Positions 1-29,816 of a stretch of DNA of 64,000 nucleotides are shown here, piece by piece. Each line of letters opens with the position of its first letter. Position 1 is the first letter of the stretch. The translations under genes were made by a program, and so were the position numbers. The stretch comes from Octopus sinensis (taxonomy: Eukaryota), in assembly GCF_006345805.1 (NCBI RefSeq), contig NC_043023.1, forward strand, positions 8,060,001 to 8,124,000. Reading direction: 5' to 3'. The notes under the pieces are model-generated. The model was given only the letters and a program-made list of their open reading frames with translations, searched no databases and was not told where the DNA came from.

Positions 1-15463
<15,463 letters not shown>

Positions 15464-15550
15464 CCTCGGGCCGACCAAAACCTTGTGAGTGGATTTGGTA
15501 GACGGAAACTGAAAGTAGCCCGTCGTATATATGTTTATATATATATATAT

Positions 15551-16197
15551 CATCGTTTAACATCCGCTTCCCATGCTAGCATGGGTTGGACAGTGCAACT
15601 GGGCTCTGGGAAGCCAGAAGGCTGCACCAGGCCCAGTCTGATCTGGCAATGTTTCTACAGCTGGATGCCCTTCCAAACACCAACCACTCCATGAGTGTAG
15701 TGGGTGCTTTTTACGTGCCAGACGAGGCTGGCGAACGGCCACACTCGGATGAGGCCTTTTACATGCGGCTGGCAATGGCACAATCGGATGGTGTTTGTTA
15801 TGTGCCACCAGCACGGAGGCCAGTCGATGCGGCACTGGCTACGGCCACGTTCGGATGGTTCTCTTACGTGCCACCGGCACTGGTACCACAACTTCAAATT
15901 CCGTTGATGTTCATCGATTTCGATTTTGATGTTCACTTGCCTCAACAGGTCTTCACAAGTAGAGTTTTGTGTCCCAAGAAGGAAGGTATGCATAGGTGGA
16001 CTGACTACGTCCCAGGTAGAGGCCACGGGTTATGGCCTCACTTGTCCTGCCGGGTCTTCTCACGCACATCATACTACCAAAGGTCTCGGTCTCTGGTCAT
16101 TTCCTCGGTGAGACCTAAAGAGCGATGGTCGTGCTTCACCACCTCGTCCCAGGTTTTCCTGGGTCTATCTCTTCCACAGGTTCCCTCAACCACTAGG
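15551..16197 (-). mobile_element. RTE-like LINE 3' fragment
   Basis: Reverse complement of 52780-53384 (GRPRKTWDEVVKHDL coding end plus 3' UTR ending in (GAT)n). Confidence 0.85.
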
Positions 16198-16658
16198 GTG
16201 TATGTGTATATTTGTGTGTCTGTGTTTGTCCTCCCAACATTGCATGACAACTGATGCTGATGTGTTTACGTCCCCGTAACATAGCGTTCGGCAAAAGAGA
16301 CTGATAGAATAAGTGCTAGGCTTACAAAGAATTATTCCCGGAGTCGATTTGCTCGACCAAAGGCGGTGCTCCAGCATGGCCACAGTCACATGACTGAAAC
16401 AAGTATGAGAGTATGTCTTACGGTGACGACATTGAAGTTGACGATGATGAAATAGATATAGGAAATAACATATTCTACAGTGAAAATAATGAAATTGAGG
16501 CCGGCAGTGGGCAATTTGAGACGGAAATCTATAAATTACACCAATAATCAATTGCATGGTTCCTGTATCAGGGTACCAGTATTTTGTAACAGAATATATG
16601 AGTAAACTTTCTTAAAATGACCAGGTGAAATTTAAAAAACAAAGAATTGAAAGTGAAA

Positions 16659-17048
16659 TCTCTGTGTATAAAGCTGAAGTTGTCTGTGTGTGGCAGGTTT
16701 GGTAGCCTTCAACTAACACTATCTCCTCCGAGACCCTGTGACGTAAGTTGACCAAAATTGAGAGTATGATAGAAGAAGGCTTGCTCTTCCTTCCGTAGAA
16801 GATAAAATTCAAATCGGACCATGTTAACACCAAAAATTATTTACATCAAAATGGTGCTTTTTTCTCTATGAAAATCCCTATTTTTTACGATTTTTTGACT
16901 GCTGTGACGTCATTTTCGGTGCATTTCAACCAGAAAAATGTTCCCTTTAAGAGAATAACAAGCTACATAATGCAAAATTTTTACTTTTCAAAAATTCCAA
17001 TTCTAAAGGGTCTAAACAAACCCGAGCAACGCCGGGTTACACTGCTGG
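16659..17048 (+). mobile_element. Non-autonomous Helitron, about 390 bp
   Basis: 5' A|TC; 3' hairpin acccgagcaacgccgggt about 7 nt before CTGG|T (CTRR). Inserted between A and T with no TSD. Confidence 0.8.
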
Positions 17049-17104
17049 TAGTTAATATAAGGGAACAGACAAAAATGCTGGAACGAATCCGACCAGTCAG
17101 TAGA

Positions 17105-17400
17105 GACATCTAGTGGGGAATTCAAGAAATACAATCATATAAAGGGAAATAACTTCTACACTACATCGACGAAGCTCCAATTATTAATTAAGGTGCTTAA
17201 TTAGCGATCGCTGACTCGCAGTTTCTATCTGAACAGGGTAAGTTGACAAAGATTTACTTTAAGGCTTTAATGATGATAATAATACTAATAATAATAATAT
17301 TGTAAATCATAGAATTCTGTGAATCTTTCGATGTTACAGTAATTATTTCGAAGCGAAAACATAAAAATATAAGGAAAATATATTAATTCGTCTTAAATAA
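17105..17400 (+). promoter_or_regulatory. Conserved upstream module with putative non-coding exon donor (G|GTAAGT at 17238)
   Basis: Homologous blocks (gaaatacaatcata...gatgttacagtaattattt) occur upstream of five ZF genes: here and at 32650, 41030, 47660 and 57125. Confidence 0.45.
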
Positions 17401-17409
17401 TATTTTCTT

Positions 17410-17550
17410 CTTTAGATACAAGACCTGAAATTTGAGGGAGGTCAATAGTCGATCACATCGGCTACAATATTTAACTGGTACTTAATTTATCGACCCAGAA
17501 GGAATAAAAGGTTAAAGTCAGCCTCGACGGAATTTGAACTCAGAACGTAC
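17410..17550 (-). mobile_element. Degenerate SINE fragment (a further family)
   Basis: cctgaaatttg...tcgacccagaagga...ggaatttgaactcagaacg; related remnants at about 19740, 33050, 41580 and 48060. Confidence 0.5.
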
Positions 17551-17704
17551 CTCGTCTTAATTAATAACTTCCAAACTGAAATGTTGGTTTGTTGTTTGTG
17601 AAAACCTATTATCGGATGTTAGATGTGATATAGAGGAAATTTATTTGTAAAATGAGAGGAAAATCCTATGGTATAAGTCATAGCCACCCATAATAAAAAG
17701 GTTA

Positions 17705-18874
17705 TAGTCGCGTAGACTGGACCCGAGTGCGCGCAGACACGCATCCGCGCTAACTAGTCGTAGGTAGTCGATCCTACAGTGACTTGCGTATGCAAAACAT
17801 TTTTTTTTTCAAAGTAGACCACTACAGGCGACAATTTACTTGTGTTTACTTTGAATAGCTACGGCAAACTTCGTTATCCATTCAGCTATGCTCGTTCTCT
17901 TTAAACTGGAATTTAACCCCTGACCAACCCTAAATTATTAGACATTTTGTTCGTGGCCATCCCGCTTTGTTGTAAATCCAATACTGCATTGTTCAGTTTG
18001 ACTTTAAAAAAAACATTCGGCTGCTATTTCTAACAGCTCTGTGGAAGATATCTCTTGACCGAAGTTGTACAAGGTCTGTGTTTGCTCCTTGTTTTCAGTT
18101 TCTCCAAAGACCCAACTGAACATAGTCTTTAACTTCAGCTAAACAGTTCCCAGTCCCAACACTGCCCTGGTCGTGCAGACCTGATCAAAGGAGTTTATTT
18201 TTAACCAGACGTAAAGTAACCCTTTACTTCATAGAAATGTTTTATTTCTACGTGGGGGAAATTTGGTTACTATAAGTTTACATTGAAGAGACTTGGTCGT
18301 TGACAGGAGCCTCATAAGTTAAGGCAGTGAACCATTTCATAGGAGGCAATTAGTGTTATCTTCGTCTGTGATCTGTCACTGTACTACCCTTCCTCTATCT
18401 GCCTGGCAACTAAATTCTGACCCCACTTTGTTGGCTTGTCACCAGGAACCGATTTTCCTGTTGAAGCCTAGAGTAAGATTACCTTGTTGGGGAGGCGTTA
18501 AGCCAACTTTTTAAAACTTTTTTTTGAATTTTCATGCTGCAGTTTTCCGTAGCTATTCAAAGTAAACACAAGTGAATTGTCGCCTGTAGTGGTCTACTTT
18601 GAAAAAAAAATGTTTGACTGTCCTTAAGGTTGTTTTGTTTTTTTTTCAATGCTTCTAATTGTTTTGTAACGAAAAAAAACCGAATTTGTCTTTAAAATAA
18701 TATACACCGTATATCGATGAAAAATATTTCGTAAGCTCCAGTAGGGGCTCGCTATTAACTAAGTTTTTGCAGTGTTGCGCCAATCAGCTCATTTGCATAC
18801 GCAAGTCGCTGTAGGATCGACTACCTACGACTGACTAGCGCGGATGCTCGCAACGGGTCCAGTCTACGCGACTA
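17705..18874. mobile_element. Non-autonomous TIR DNA transposon, Academ-like, about 1170 bp
   Basis: TIR tagtcgcgtagactggacccg / cgggtccagtctacgcgacta plus a second inverted block (about 17797-17870 vs 18541-18615). 5'-TAG terminus; flanks TTA/CTA (3-bp TSD with one mismatch). Confidence 0.65.
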
Positions 18875-18882
18875 CTACCTAC

Positions 18883-18883
<1 letters not shown>

Positions 18884-18921
<38 letters not shown>
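18884..18921. repeat. (TA)n microsatellite
   Basis: Direct reading. Confidence 0.95.
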
Positions 18922-18922
18922 G

Positions 18923-19296
18923 GGTACTTTTCTACAAGTGTGGTCCCGGTGCTAGCTAGTCGTCACTAGTCGATCTTACGAGGACTACGTAACGCGAGTG
19001 CGTGACTAAAAATCACACTCGCATCCGCTAGACATGTTTGAGGTTTTTTTAACAAATAATTTTTTTTAAACAAAGAAAATAAAACACAAAGTAAGTCATT
19101 TCTTTTGTTGAGTCTTTTATTTACTTTGTTTAAGACAAAACCCATTTTATTTGATATATATTCAGCCATTATATACATATATTATGCGCGCATCTCTTAA
19201 TTTGCATACTCGCGCTAGGTAGTCGTTGAAGGATTGACCAGTCACGACAGACTAGCACGAGTGCGCGCACCGGGACCATTCTTTATGAGTAGTACC
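18923..19296. mobile_element. MITE, about 374 bp, imperfect TIRs of about 90 bp
   Basis: ggtac...tggtcccggtgc pairs with gcaccgggacca...gtacc. No TSD recognised. Confidence 0.6.
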
Positions 19297-20589
19297 TTTG
19301 GTTGAGTATGGGGGACTGGTTATGTGGTCATGCTGCCTCTAATTTTTATTTCATCCCCCTGCAATGCTTCTAGATGTCTCACCAACGTATGTAATGTTCT
19401 TGTCTTTACAAGCACCCCACAACAGAGGCGAATTATGTCCATTCTACCCGGACACAACCTGTGAGGTCTTCAGAGGGTTTCCAGCTATTGATTCTACTGA
19501 GGAGATCCTCCCTGCTCACAAAGACGTGTGTCGCCATTTCCGTGAGTGGTCGTAACCCCTGCGAGAGGAAGGAGAATAATTACCGTTGTCCCTTTTTTTA
19601 ATGGAAGACTCATGAAATTGTAAGATGTATTTGGAGTCAGGATTTTGCTCCATGAGCCGACTCTACTTTTTGGGGTTTATAAAATATTAATGTTGATGAT
19701 AATAAGAATAATAATGATTTTTCTTTTTGTATTTTTAAGTACAAAACCTGAAATTTGTAGGAAGTGGACGAGTTAATTTCAGGGACTCGAGTGCTCTACT
19801 GCTTATTTTATTTACCACGAAAGGATGAAAGTCGACCTCAGTGGAAGTCATACTTTGAAAGGAAAGACGTTTGGGGCACCAACTCATGACAGACGAAATA
19901 TAAAGAGGGACCTTCACTGTGGGCTAGCTAGCAAGCTGGTCTTCAGAGAAGGGACTCCTGGTTAGGTGGGAGGGGCATCTGGATGCTCAAATGATCGATT
20001 GTACTCACCCTCATTGTATGTACCTGATTGAAGAGAAATAAACAATGCACAGACACACTCCCATTCCTGATTGCTTTTATCTCTAGTTTGACAAAGCTAT
20101 TCACGAACGAAATGCTGTTAAGCAATTAATCCGGCATCTTAGTGATTCTGCCAGTATTTAATATTGTAGCAAGTCATGAAAGCTATTTTAGTTGTGACAC
20201 CGTAGCACGGTTCTGCTATGTCATTCTCCAGCCCATCAGGGTGGGCACGTATGGATCCTAGAGGGAAGTTCAGTGCCCATGAAGAGAAGTGGGAGTTTTA
20301 ATTAGTTAGCGGAAAGGCGGCAGACGAGTAACAATGCTTCTTTATCATTAACTCTGATCACTTCATAAACAGCCCATTTCACTTATGACAACTTTGCTCT
20401 GCGAAATTCTGTATGGCATCAACTCACTACTCTGGTCATGTTATGCCCACTATGTTTTCGTTTTGGCTAGCTCTATTCCCATTAGCTTCTAACACCTTCC
20501 AACTCAATCTACTTATGCAAGCATGGACAGTAAATGCATGACAATGGTAGTGATGTAAATTCTGCAATGTTGAATTACTTATGTTGGTG

Positions 20590-20630
20590 AACTATCCAGT
20601 TTTATCTTACTGCTTCTTTTCCTATTTCAG
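20590..20630 (+). promoter_or_regulatory. 3' splice acceptor of the ZF coding exon
   Basis: Pyrimidine tract ttcttttcctatttcAG|aatatcac. Same acceptor at 34441, 42697, 49445 and 58818, with a ttaac branch-point-like motif in those copies. Confidence 0.7.
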
Positions 20631-20907
20631 AATATCACAACATGTTGACGTGAAGGAAATCTCTCCATTCAGAAGTGTCTTCGATATTCTCATCACCTAA
20701 AGGAAGACTGTATATTTATAAGGAGCATTCAAGAATAAGTCTACCTCTGTATATAAATACAGTCTATAACAAGGAACAGCGGAATATTTTTTCTTTCTCT
20801 GGATTGTATGGAAGAAACATTGCATTAAATTGTTATCTGAATGAAGTGACACAAGTGAACAGAAATGTATTCATGGAAATGAAAAACACTTTATCATTGT
20901 GAAGTGT

Positions 20908-21819
20908 ATGATAAGTAATTCTCTCAAAATGAATAGTTTAACTGAATCAGAAAACCTTGATAAAGAGGAAAAGCCATATCACTGTAATATCTGTGGAAAA
21001 TCATTTTCTTACAGTAGTGACATTGTTAGACACAAACGTACACATACAGGAGAGAAGCCATATCATTGTGAGATCTGTGGTAAATCATTCTCTCGAAGAA
21101 GTTATTTGGCTAGGCACAAATTTACACATACAGGGGAGAGACCATATCAGTGTGACATCTGTGCTAAATCATTCTCTCGAAGCAGTATCTTGACTAAACA
21201 CAGACTTACACATACAGGAGAGAAACCTTATCATTGTGAGATCTGTGGTAAATCATTCTCTTGTAATAGTCACTTGGTTGATCACACACGTACACATACA
21301 GGAGAGAAGCCATATCATTGTGAGATCTGTGGTAAATCATTCTCTCGAAGCAGTAACTTGACTTTACACAAACGTATTCATACGGGAGAGAAACCCTATC
21401 ATTGTGATATCTGTGGTAAATCATTCTCCCAAAGTCATCACTTGACTAATCACAAACCTACACATACTGGTGAGAAACCTTATCATTGTGATATCTGTGG
21501 TAAATCATTCTCTAAAAATATTAACTTACAAAGTCACAAACGTATTCATACAGGAGAGAAACCATATCACTGTAATATCTGTGGTAAATCATTCTCTCAT
21601 AATTGTAATTTGGTTACTCACAATCGCATTCATACAGGAGAGAAACCATATCATTGTGATATCTGTGGTAAATCATTCTCTTGTAATAGTCATTTGGTTA
21701 CTCACAATCGCAGTCATACTGGTGAGAAACCTTATCACTGTGAGATCTGTGGTGAGTCATTTTCTCAAAGGCGTCAGTTGAATAGACACACGCATACACA
21801 TACAGGAGAGAAGCCATAA
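20908..21819 (+). CDS. C2H2 zinc-finger protein, 10 intact fingers, no effector domain visible
   Basis: ATG at 20908 (alternative 20929), 10 CxxC...HxxxH units with TGEKP linkers, TAA at 21817. Confidence 0.85.
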   Translation: MISNSLKMNSLTESENLDKEEKPYHCNICGKSFSYSSDIVRHKRTHTGEKPYHCEICGKSFSRRSYLARHKFTHTGERPYQCDICAKSFSRSSILTKHRLTHTGEKPYHCEICGKSFSCNSHLVDHTRTHTGEKPYHCEICGKSFSRSSNLTLHKRIHTGEKPYHCDICGKSFSQSHHLTNHKPTHTGEKPYHCDICGKSFSKNINLQSHKRIHTGEKPYHCNICGKSFSHNCNLVTHNRIHTGEKPYHCDICGKSFSCNSHLVTHNRSHTGEKPYHCEICGESFSQRRQLNRHTHTHTGEKP

Positions 21820-22060
21820 TCTTGCATTAGTTGTTGTAATTCATTTTTTGGAAATGGTGTTGTAACTACACACAAATATGTTCATTCCAGACAAAACCTA
21901 TGTAATGGTCGTGTGTCTGTGTTAAAGCATTCTCTCATAGACCTAACTTAACTCTACATGAACGAATCCCTACATGAGAGTAACCATGTCCGTGTGACAT
22001 GTGTGGCAAATCATTCTCTCGAAAAAGCCACATGCATAAACACATGTGGTTATTCACAGA
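21820..22060 (+). pseudogene. Decayed zinc-finger units downstream of the stop
   Basis: Residual tgtgacatgtgtggcaaatcattctctcga and similar finger relics with stops and indels. Confidence 0.6.
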
Positions 22061-22118
22061 GACGTGTTTACGTCTCAATGTCAACATTTATTAAGTCATA
22101 ACAATAATTAACACAATA

Positions 22119-23740
<1,622 letters not shown>

Positions 23741-25084
23741 CATATCATTGTGATATCTGTGGTAAATCATTCTCATAGAATGGTGACTTGACTAATTATA
23801 AGCATATTCATACTGGGGAAAAACAATATCACTGATATCTATCGTAATCATTTTCTTTCTCAAAAACGCCATTTATGTACACGTGAGTATTCACACAAAA
23901 GTGCAACCATTCAGTATTAATCTTTATTACAACAATTATGGCTATTTTTTTTCTGCTGAAAGACAGGGCTATCTTTATCTCTTCAAATATGATGTTATCA
24001 ACTTCATTTCAATAATGTCAACATCAAATTCATGAATGTCATGAATATATATGGAAGCATATCAACAATGCCTTTGATTTCTGAAGATGATTGCTCTGGA
24101 TTTTTGAGCAATTTGTTTTGAGAGAATAGAAATGGGAAAATGAATAAAAGGTTACACTGAAGTTGGTTTGTCTATGTGTTTTCATCATTGTTGCTGTTAT
24201 CATCATCATCCTTTAGTGAAATTTTTTTTCCTTTACTGGCATGGGTGGCACAGTGTGACATTAGCTGGCAAACCATGATGCTGCACTTGGTTCCAGTCTG
24301 ATTTGTTTGGGTTTCTTGGATGTTTTCTCCTAATAGAGTTTATGCTGTGTGCGTATGCGCACACACACATGTACGTGTGTGTGTGTACATACATATATCA
24401 TCATCATCATCATCCTATGAAAAAATATATATTTTCCAATGATACCGAGGGGAAGGGGTCCGCCACACTTTCCAAGCAAAAATAAGGAGTTTGCAGCATA
24501 TTGTGAGGTCAGGGTACTTGAATCCATGCAAAAAATCTGAGTTATTTTGTTTGTCTTTATGAAAATCTTTTGGGTGAAAATAATAAAATTTACCCGAAAT
24601 TCTTCTGGACACAACTTCTCCGAAAAGAATTGTGACAACAAATTCGTATGTAATCGTATTCTATACCATCTAAAAAGTATTGTGATCGTAATCTATCTCA
24701 TCAGAAATGTAGTCATGGAAAATTTGAATTACAGTTAATCTACCAAATCATCATCATCAATTAACGTCCGCTTTCCATGCTAGCATGGGTTGGACGATTT
24801 GACTGAGGTCTGGCAAACCAGACTCAAATCTGATCTGGCAGAAATTCGTGTGATGGGTAAAAGTTATTTACCAGCGACTTCGGAAAATGGGAAGAAACTA
24901 TTAAATAGATAACTTGACACTTGCTCAGGAATTAAACAATGAAGATATTTATGTTTGTGGTGGCGAAGTTGTGTGATCTGCAGTAGAGTAGACTAAATTG
25001 CCTCCCACCAAGCAGATCAACTTCGTAGCCTTAGAGTAAATAGGCAAGGAAGAGAGATGCAAAAACAAACAAAAAAATGAGAAT

Positions 25085-25437
25085 TATATATATATATAAA
25101 GCTGAAGTTGTCTGTGTATGGCAGGTTTGGTAGCCTTCAACTCACACTATCTCCTCTGAGATCCTGCAGCGCAAGTTGACCAAAATTAAGAGTATGATAG
25201 AAGAAGGCTTACTCTCCCTTCCGTAGAAGAAAATTCAAATCGGACCATGTTAACACCAAAAATTATTTACATCACAAAGGTGCTTTTTCTCTATGAAATC
25301 CCTATTTATTACGATTTTTTGACTGCTGTGTCGTCATTTTTCGGTGTATTTCAACAAGAAAAATGTTCACTTAAAGAGGATAACAAGCTACATAATGCAA
25401 ATTTTTACTTTTCAAAAATTCCAATATATACTGCTAG
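25085..25437 (+). mobile_element. Helitron-N copy lacking the 3' hairpin
   Basis: Matches 16659-17048; ends CTAG|T; about 40-bp deletion removes the hairpin. Confidence 0.75.
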
Positions 25438-25504
25438 TATATATATAAAGAGCTATGTGTAATGACTGTATGACCCAAGGTATTTGTAATCAGTCTCCCC
25501 TCTA

Positions 25505-25712
25505 CAGGCCACCAATGTCATCCAAGTGAAGGCCAAAAGCCAATGCAGCTTGGCACCAGTGATGTTGCAGCGCTCATTTCTAGAGGTGAGTGAACTGGAC
25601 CACCATGAAATAAAGTGTCTTGCTCAAGAACACACACACAGCCTGGTCCAGGAATTGAACTCACTACTTAATGATTGTGAACCCAGCATTCTAACCACTG
25701 AGCTATGTGCAT
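25505..25712 (-). mobile_element. tRNA-derived SINE (family 2)
   Basis: Minus strand TAGCTCAGTGG (A box), GAGTTCAATTCC (B box), then gttcttgagcaagacactttat. Paralogues at about 28395, 38822 and 55040. Confidence 0.75.
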
Positions 25713-26172
25713 CTCTCTCTCTCTTTCTCTGTGTGTATACATACATACATATATATGAATGTATATACAGGAGGCAGCTTCTATATATGGCTGAAATGAG
25801 AAGACCCAGAATAGCTTTTCCTATTTTTAATTCCAATATTTATAGCTTGTACTTAGCATTAAGGTTTTTAATAAAAATTACTTAATGAGTATAAGACTTT
25901 ATTTATGTATATTAAATAAATAAATAAATTAATTAATTAATAATTTAGGCGCAGGAGTGGCTGTGTGGTGAGAAACTTGTTAACTAACCACATGGTTCAG
26001 TCTGGTATATGTGTGTTTTGTGTTTGTTCCCCTAACATTGTTTGACAACTGATGCTGGTGTGTTTATGTCCCCATTATTTAATGATGTGTAACTGTTCTT
26101 AGAATCATGTCTATTTAAAAGAAAACTGAAGGGTCTCAGTTGGGGATTGATAAATATAAAAAAAGTCAATAA

Positions 26173-26303
26173 GGCGCAGGAGTGGCTGTGTGGTAAGTAG
26201 CTTGCTTACCAACCACACAGTTCCGGTTTCAGTCCCACTGCGTGGCACCTTCGACAAGTGTCTTCTGCTATAGCTTCAGGCCGACCAAAGCCTTGTGAGT
26301 GGA
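26173..26303 (+). mobile_element. SINE family 1, truncated at the duplication junction
   Basis: ggcgcaggagtggctgtgtgg...gtgagtggat, then ZF sequence. Confidence 0.85.
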
Positions 26304-27929
26304 TATCATAAACGCATTCATACAGGGCAAAACCATATCTTTGTGACATCTGTGGTAAATCATTCTCTGAAAGTGGTGTCCTAACTGAACACCAGTGCAG
26401 GATAGAAACCATATCATTGTGATATCTGTGGTAAATCATTCTCATACAATAGTTGACTTGACTATTATAAGCATATCATACTGGGGAAAAGACAATATCA
26501 CTGTTATATCTCTCGTAAATCATTTTCTCAAACGCATTTCTGTCACATCAGTATTCACACAAAAGTGCAGGCCATTCAGTATTAATCTTTATTACAACAA
26601 TTATGGCTATTTTTTTCTGCTGAAAGACGGGCTATTTTTATCTCCTTCAGATATGATGTTATCGACTTCAATTTCAAAAATGTCAACATCAATTCATGAA
26701 TGTCATGTATATATATATGGAAGTATATCACAATGCCTTTGATTTCTGAAGATGATTGCTTGGATTTTTGAGCAATTTGCTTTGAGAGAATAAAAAATGG
26801 GAATAATGAATAAAAGGTTACACTGAAGTTGATTTGTCTAGGTGTTTTCATCATTGTTGCTGTTATCATCATCATCCTTTGGTGAATTTTTTTTTTTTAC
26901 TGGCATGGGTGGCACAGTGTGACATGAGCTGGCAACCCATGATGCTGCACTAGGTTCCAGTCTGATTTGTTTGGGTTTCTTTGGATGTATTCTCCTAATA
27001 GAGTTTATGCTGTGTGCGTATGCACACTCACACATATATGTGTACATACATATATCATCATCATCATCATCCTATGAAAAAATATATATATTTCCAATGA
27101 TACCGAGGGGAAGGTGGTCCGCCACGCTTTTTCCAAGCAAAAATAAGGAGTTTGCAGCATATTGTGAGGTTAGGGTACTTGAATCTATGCAAAAAATCTG
27201 AGTTTTTTTGTTTATCTTTATGAAAATGTTGTGGGTGAAAATATCAAAATTTACCCGAAATTCTTCTGGACTCAAACTTCTCCGAAAAAAATTGTGACAA
27301 CAAATTCGTATGTAATCGTATTCTATACCATCTAAAAAGTATTGTGATCGTAATCTATCTCATCAGAAATGTAGTCATGGAAATTTTGAATTACTGTTAA
27401 TCTACCAAATCATCATCATCAATTAACGTCCGCTTTCCATGCTAGCATGGGTTGGACGATTTGACTGAGGTCTGGCAAACCAGACTCCAATCTGATCTGG
27501 CAGAGTTTCTACAGCTTGATGCCCTTCCTAATGCCAACCAGCTGTAGAACTCTGCCAGATCAGATTGGAGTCTGGTTCGCCAGACCTGTCAAATATACAT
27601 ATATATATATGTACAAATGATAAGAAGACAAAGAAAATTGTTTAACACATCGTGACAGGGCAGTAAAAACAGTTCCTCTGGTACTGAAATTCGTGTGATG
27701 GGTGAAAAGTTATTTGACCAGCGACTTCGGAAATGGGAGAAACTATTAAATAGATAACTTGGACACTTGCTCAGGAATTAAACAATGAAGATATTTATGT
27801 TTGTGGTGGCGAAGTTGTGTGATCTGCAGTAGAGTAGACTAAATTGCCTCCCACCAAGCAGACCAACTTCGTAGCCTTAGAGTAAATAGGCAAGGGAAAG
27901 AGATGCAAAAAACAAACAAAAAATGAGAA

Positions 27930-28323
27930 TTATATATATATATAAAGCTGAAGTTGTCTGTGTATGGCAGGTTTGGTAGCTTTCACCTAACACTATCTCC
28001 TGAGATTCTGCAGCGCAAGTTGACCAAAATTGAGAGTATGATAGAAGAAGGCTTACTCTTCCTACCGTAGAAGAAAAAATTCAAATCAGACCATGTTAAT
28101 ACCAAAAATTATTTACATCAATAAGGTACTTTTTCTCTATGAAAATCCCTATTTTTTACGATTTTTTGACTGCTGTGTCATTTCTCGGTGTATTTCAACC
28201 AGAAAAATGTTCACTTAAAGAGAATAACAAGCTACATAATGCAAAATTTTTACCTTTAAAAAATTCCAATTTTAAAGGGTCGTAAAGAAAACAAGCCCGA
28301 GCAACGCTGGGCTATACTGCTAG
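27930..28323 (+). mobile_element. Helitron-N copy
   Basis: Hairpin gcccgagcaacgctgggc then tatactgCTAG|T. Confidence 0.8.
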
Positions 28324-29063
28324 TATATATATAAAGAGCTATGTGTAATGACTGTATGACCCAAGGTATTTGTAATCAGTCTCCCCTCTACAGGCCACCA
28401 ATGTCATCCAAGTGAAGGCCAAAAGCCAATGCAGCTTGGCACCAGTGATGTTGCAGCTCATTTCTAGAGGTGAGTGAACTGGACCACCATGAAATAAAGT
28501 GTCTTGCTCAAGAACACAACACACAGCCTGGTCCAGGAATTGAACTCACTACTTAATGATTGTGAACCCAGCATTCTAACCACTGAGCTATGTGCATCTC
28601 TCTCTCTCTTTCTCTGTGTGTATACATACATACATATATATGAATGTATATACAGGAGGCAGCTCCTATATATGGCTGAAATGAGAAGACCCAGAATAGC
28701 TTTTCCTATTTTTAATTCCAATATTTATAGCTTGTACTTAACATTAAGGTTTTTAATATAAATTACTTAATGAGTATAAGACTTTATTTAGATATATATT
28801 AAATAAATAAATTAATTAATTAATAATTTAGGCGCAGGAGTGGCTGTGTGGTAAGAAACTTGTTAACTAACCACATGGTTCCGGGTTCAGTCTGGTATAT
28901 GTGTGTGTTTGTGTTTGTTCCCCTAACATTGTTTGACAACTGATGCTGGTGTGTTTATGTCCCCATTATTTAATGATGTGTAACTGTTCTTAGAATCATG
29001 TCTATTTAAAACAAAACTGAAGGGTCTCAGTTGGGGATTGATAAATATAAAAAAAGTCAATAA

Positions 29064-29605
29064 GGCGCAGGAGTGGCTGTGTGGTAAGTAGCTTGGTTAC
29101 CAACCACACAGTTCCGGGTTCAGTCCCACTGCGTGGCACCTTCGACAAGTGTCTTCTGCTATAGCTTCAGGCCGACCAAAGCCTTGTGAGTGGATTTGGT
29201 AGACAGAAACTGAAAGAAGCCCGTCGTATATATATATATAGGAGTGGCTGTGTGGTAAGTAGCTTGCTTACCAACCACACAGTTCCGGTTTCAGTCCCAC
29301 TGCGTGGCTCCTTGGGCAAGTGTCTTCTGCTATAGCCTCGGGCCGTCAAAGCCTCATGAGTGGATTTTGTAGACGGAAACTGAAAGAAGCCTGTCGTATA
29401 TATATATATGTGTGTGTTTGTCTCCCCAACATTGCTTGACAACCGATGCTGAAGTGTTTACGTCCACGTTACTTAGCGGTTTGGCAAAAGAGACCAATAG
29501 GATAAGTACTAGACTTACAAAGAATAAGTCCTGGGGTCGATTTGCTTGACTAAAAGGCGGTGCTCCAGCATGGCCGCAGTCAAACGACTGAAGCAAGTAA
29601 AAGAG
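29064..29605 (+). mobile_element. Two head-to-tail SINE family 1 copies (29064-29240 partial, 29241-29605)
   Basis: A second head ggagtggctgtgtgg begins in the (TA)n tract of the first. Confidence 0.85.
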
Positions 29606-29816
29606 AAAGAGAAAGGGTTACATTCTCTCTATAGATTAGTATAAAGGAGCTAATTTTGAATTCCCATATACAAAGTAAACAATCAGGTGGGGTTGGTTGT
29701 ATTTAACAGGAAAAAACTAACCAAATAAGGGAGTATGGAATTTTAAATATTGGGGACTAAAATTAATATCAAACTATCCATAATCAATACAGCTCAGATA
29801 TTAGTATGAAAGAAAT

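Noticed and set aside
16413-16547. Short acidic ORF MSYGDDIEVDDDEIDIG...
   Set aside because: Only about 44 codons with no recognisable domain or splice support.
20957-21781. Overlapping alternate-frame and antisense ORFs across ZF genes (also at 43756, 50351, 59534, 59765, 60323)
   Set aside because: By-products of periodic finger codons.
24690-24710. Minus-strand CTGATGA (also at about 27362)
   Set aside because: No helix II or GAAA follows, so it is not a hammerhead.
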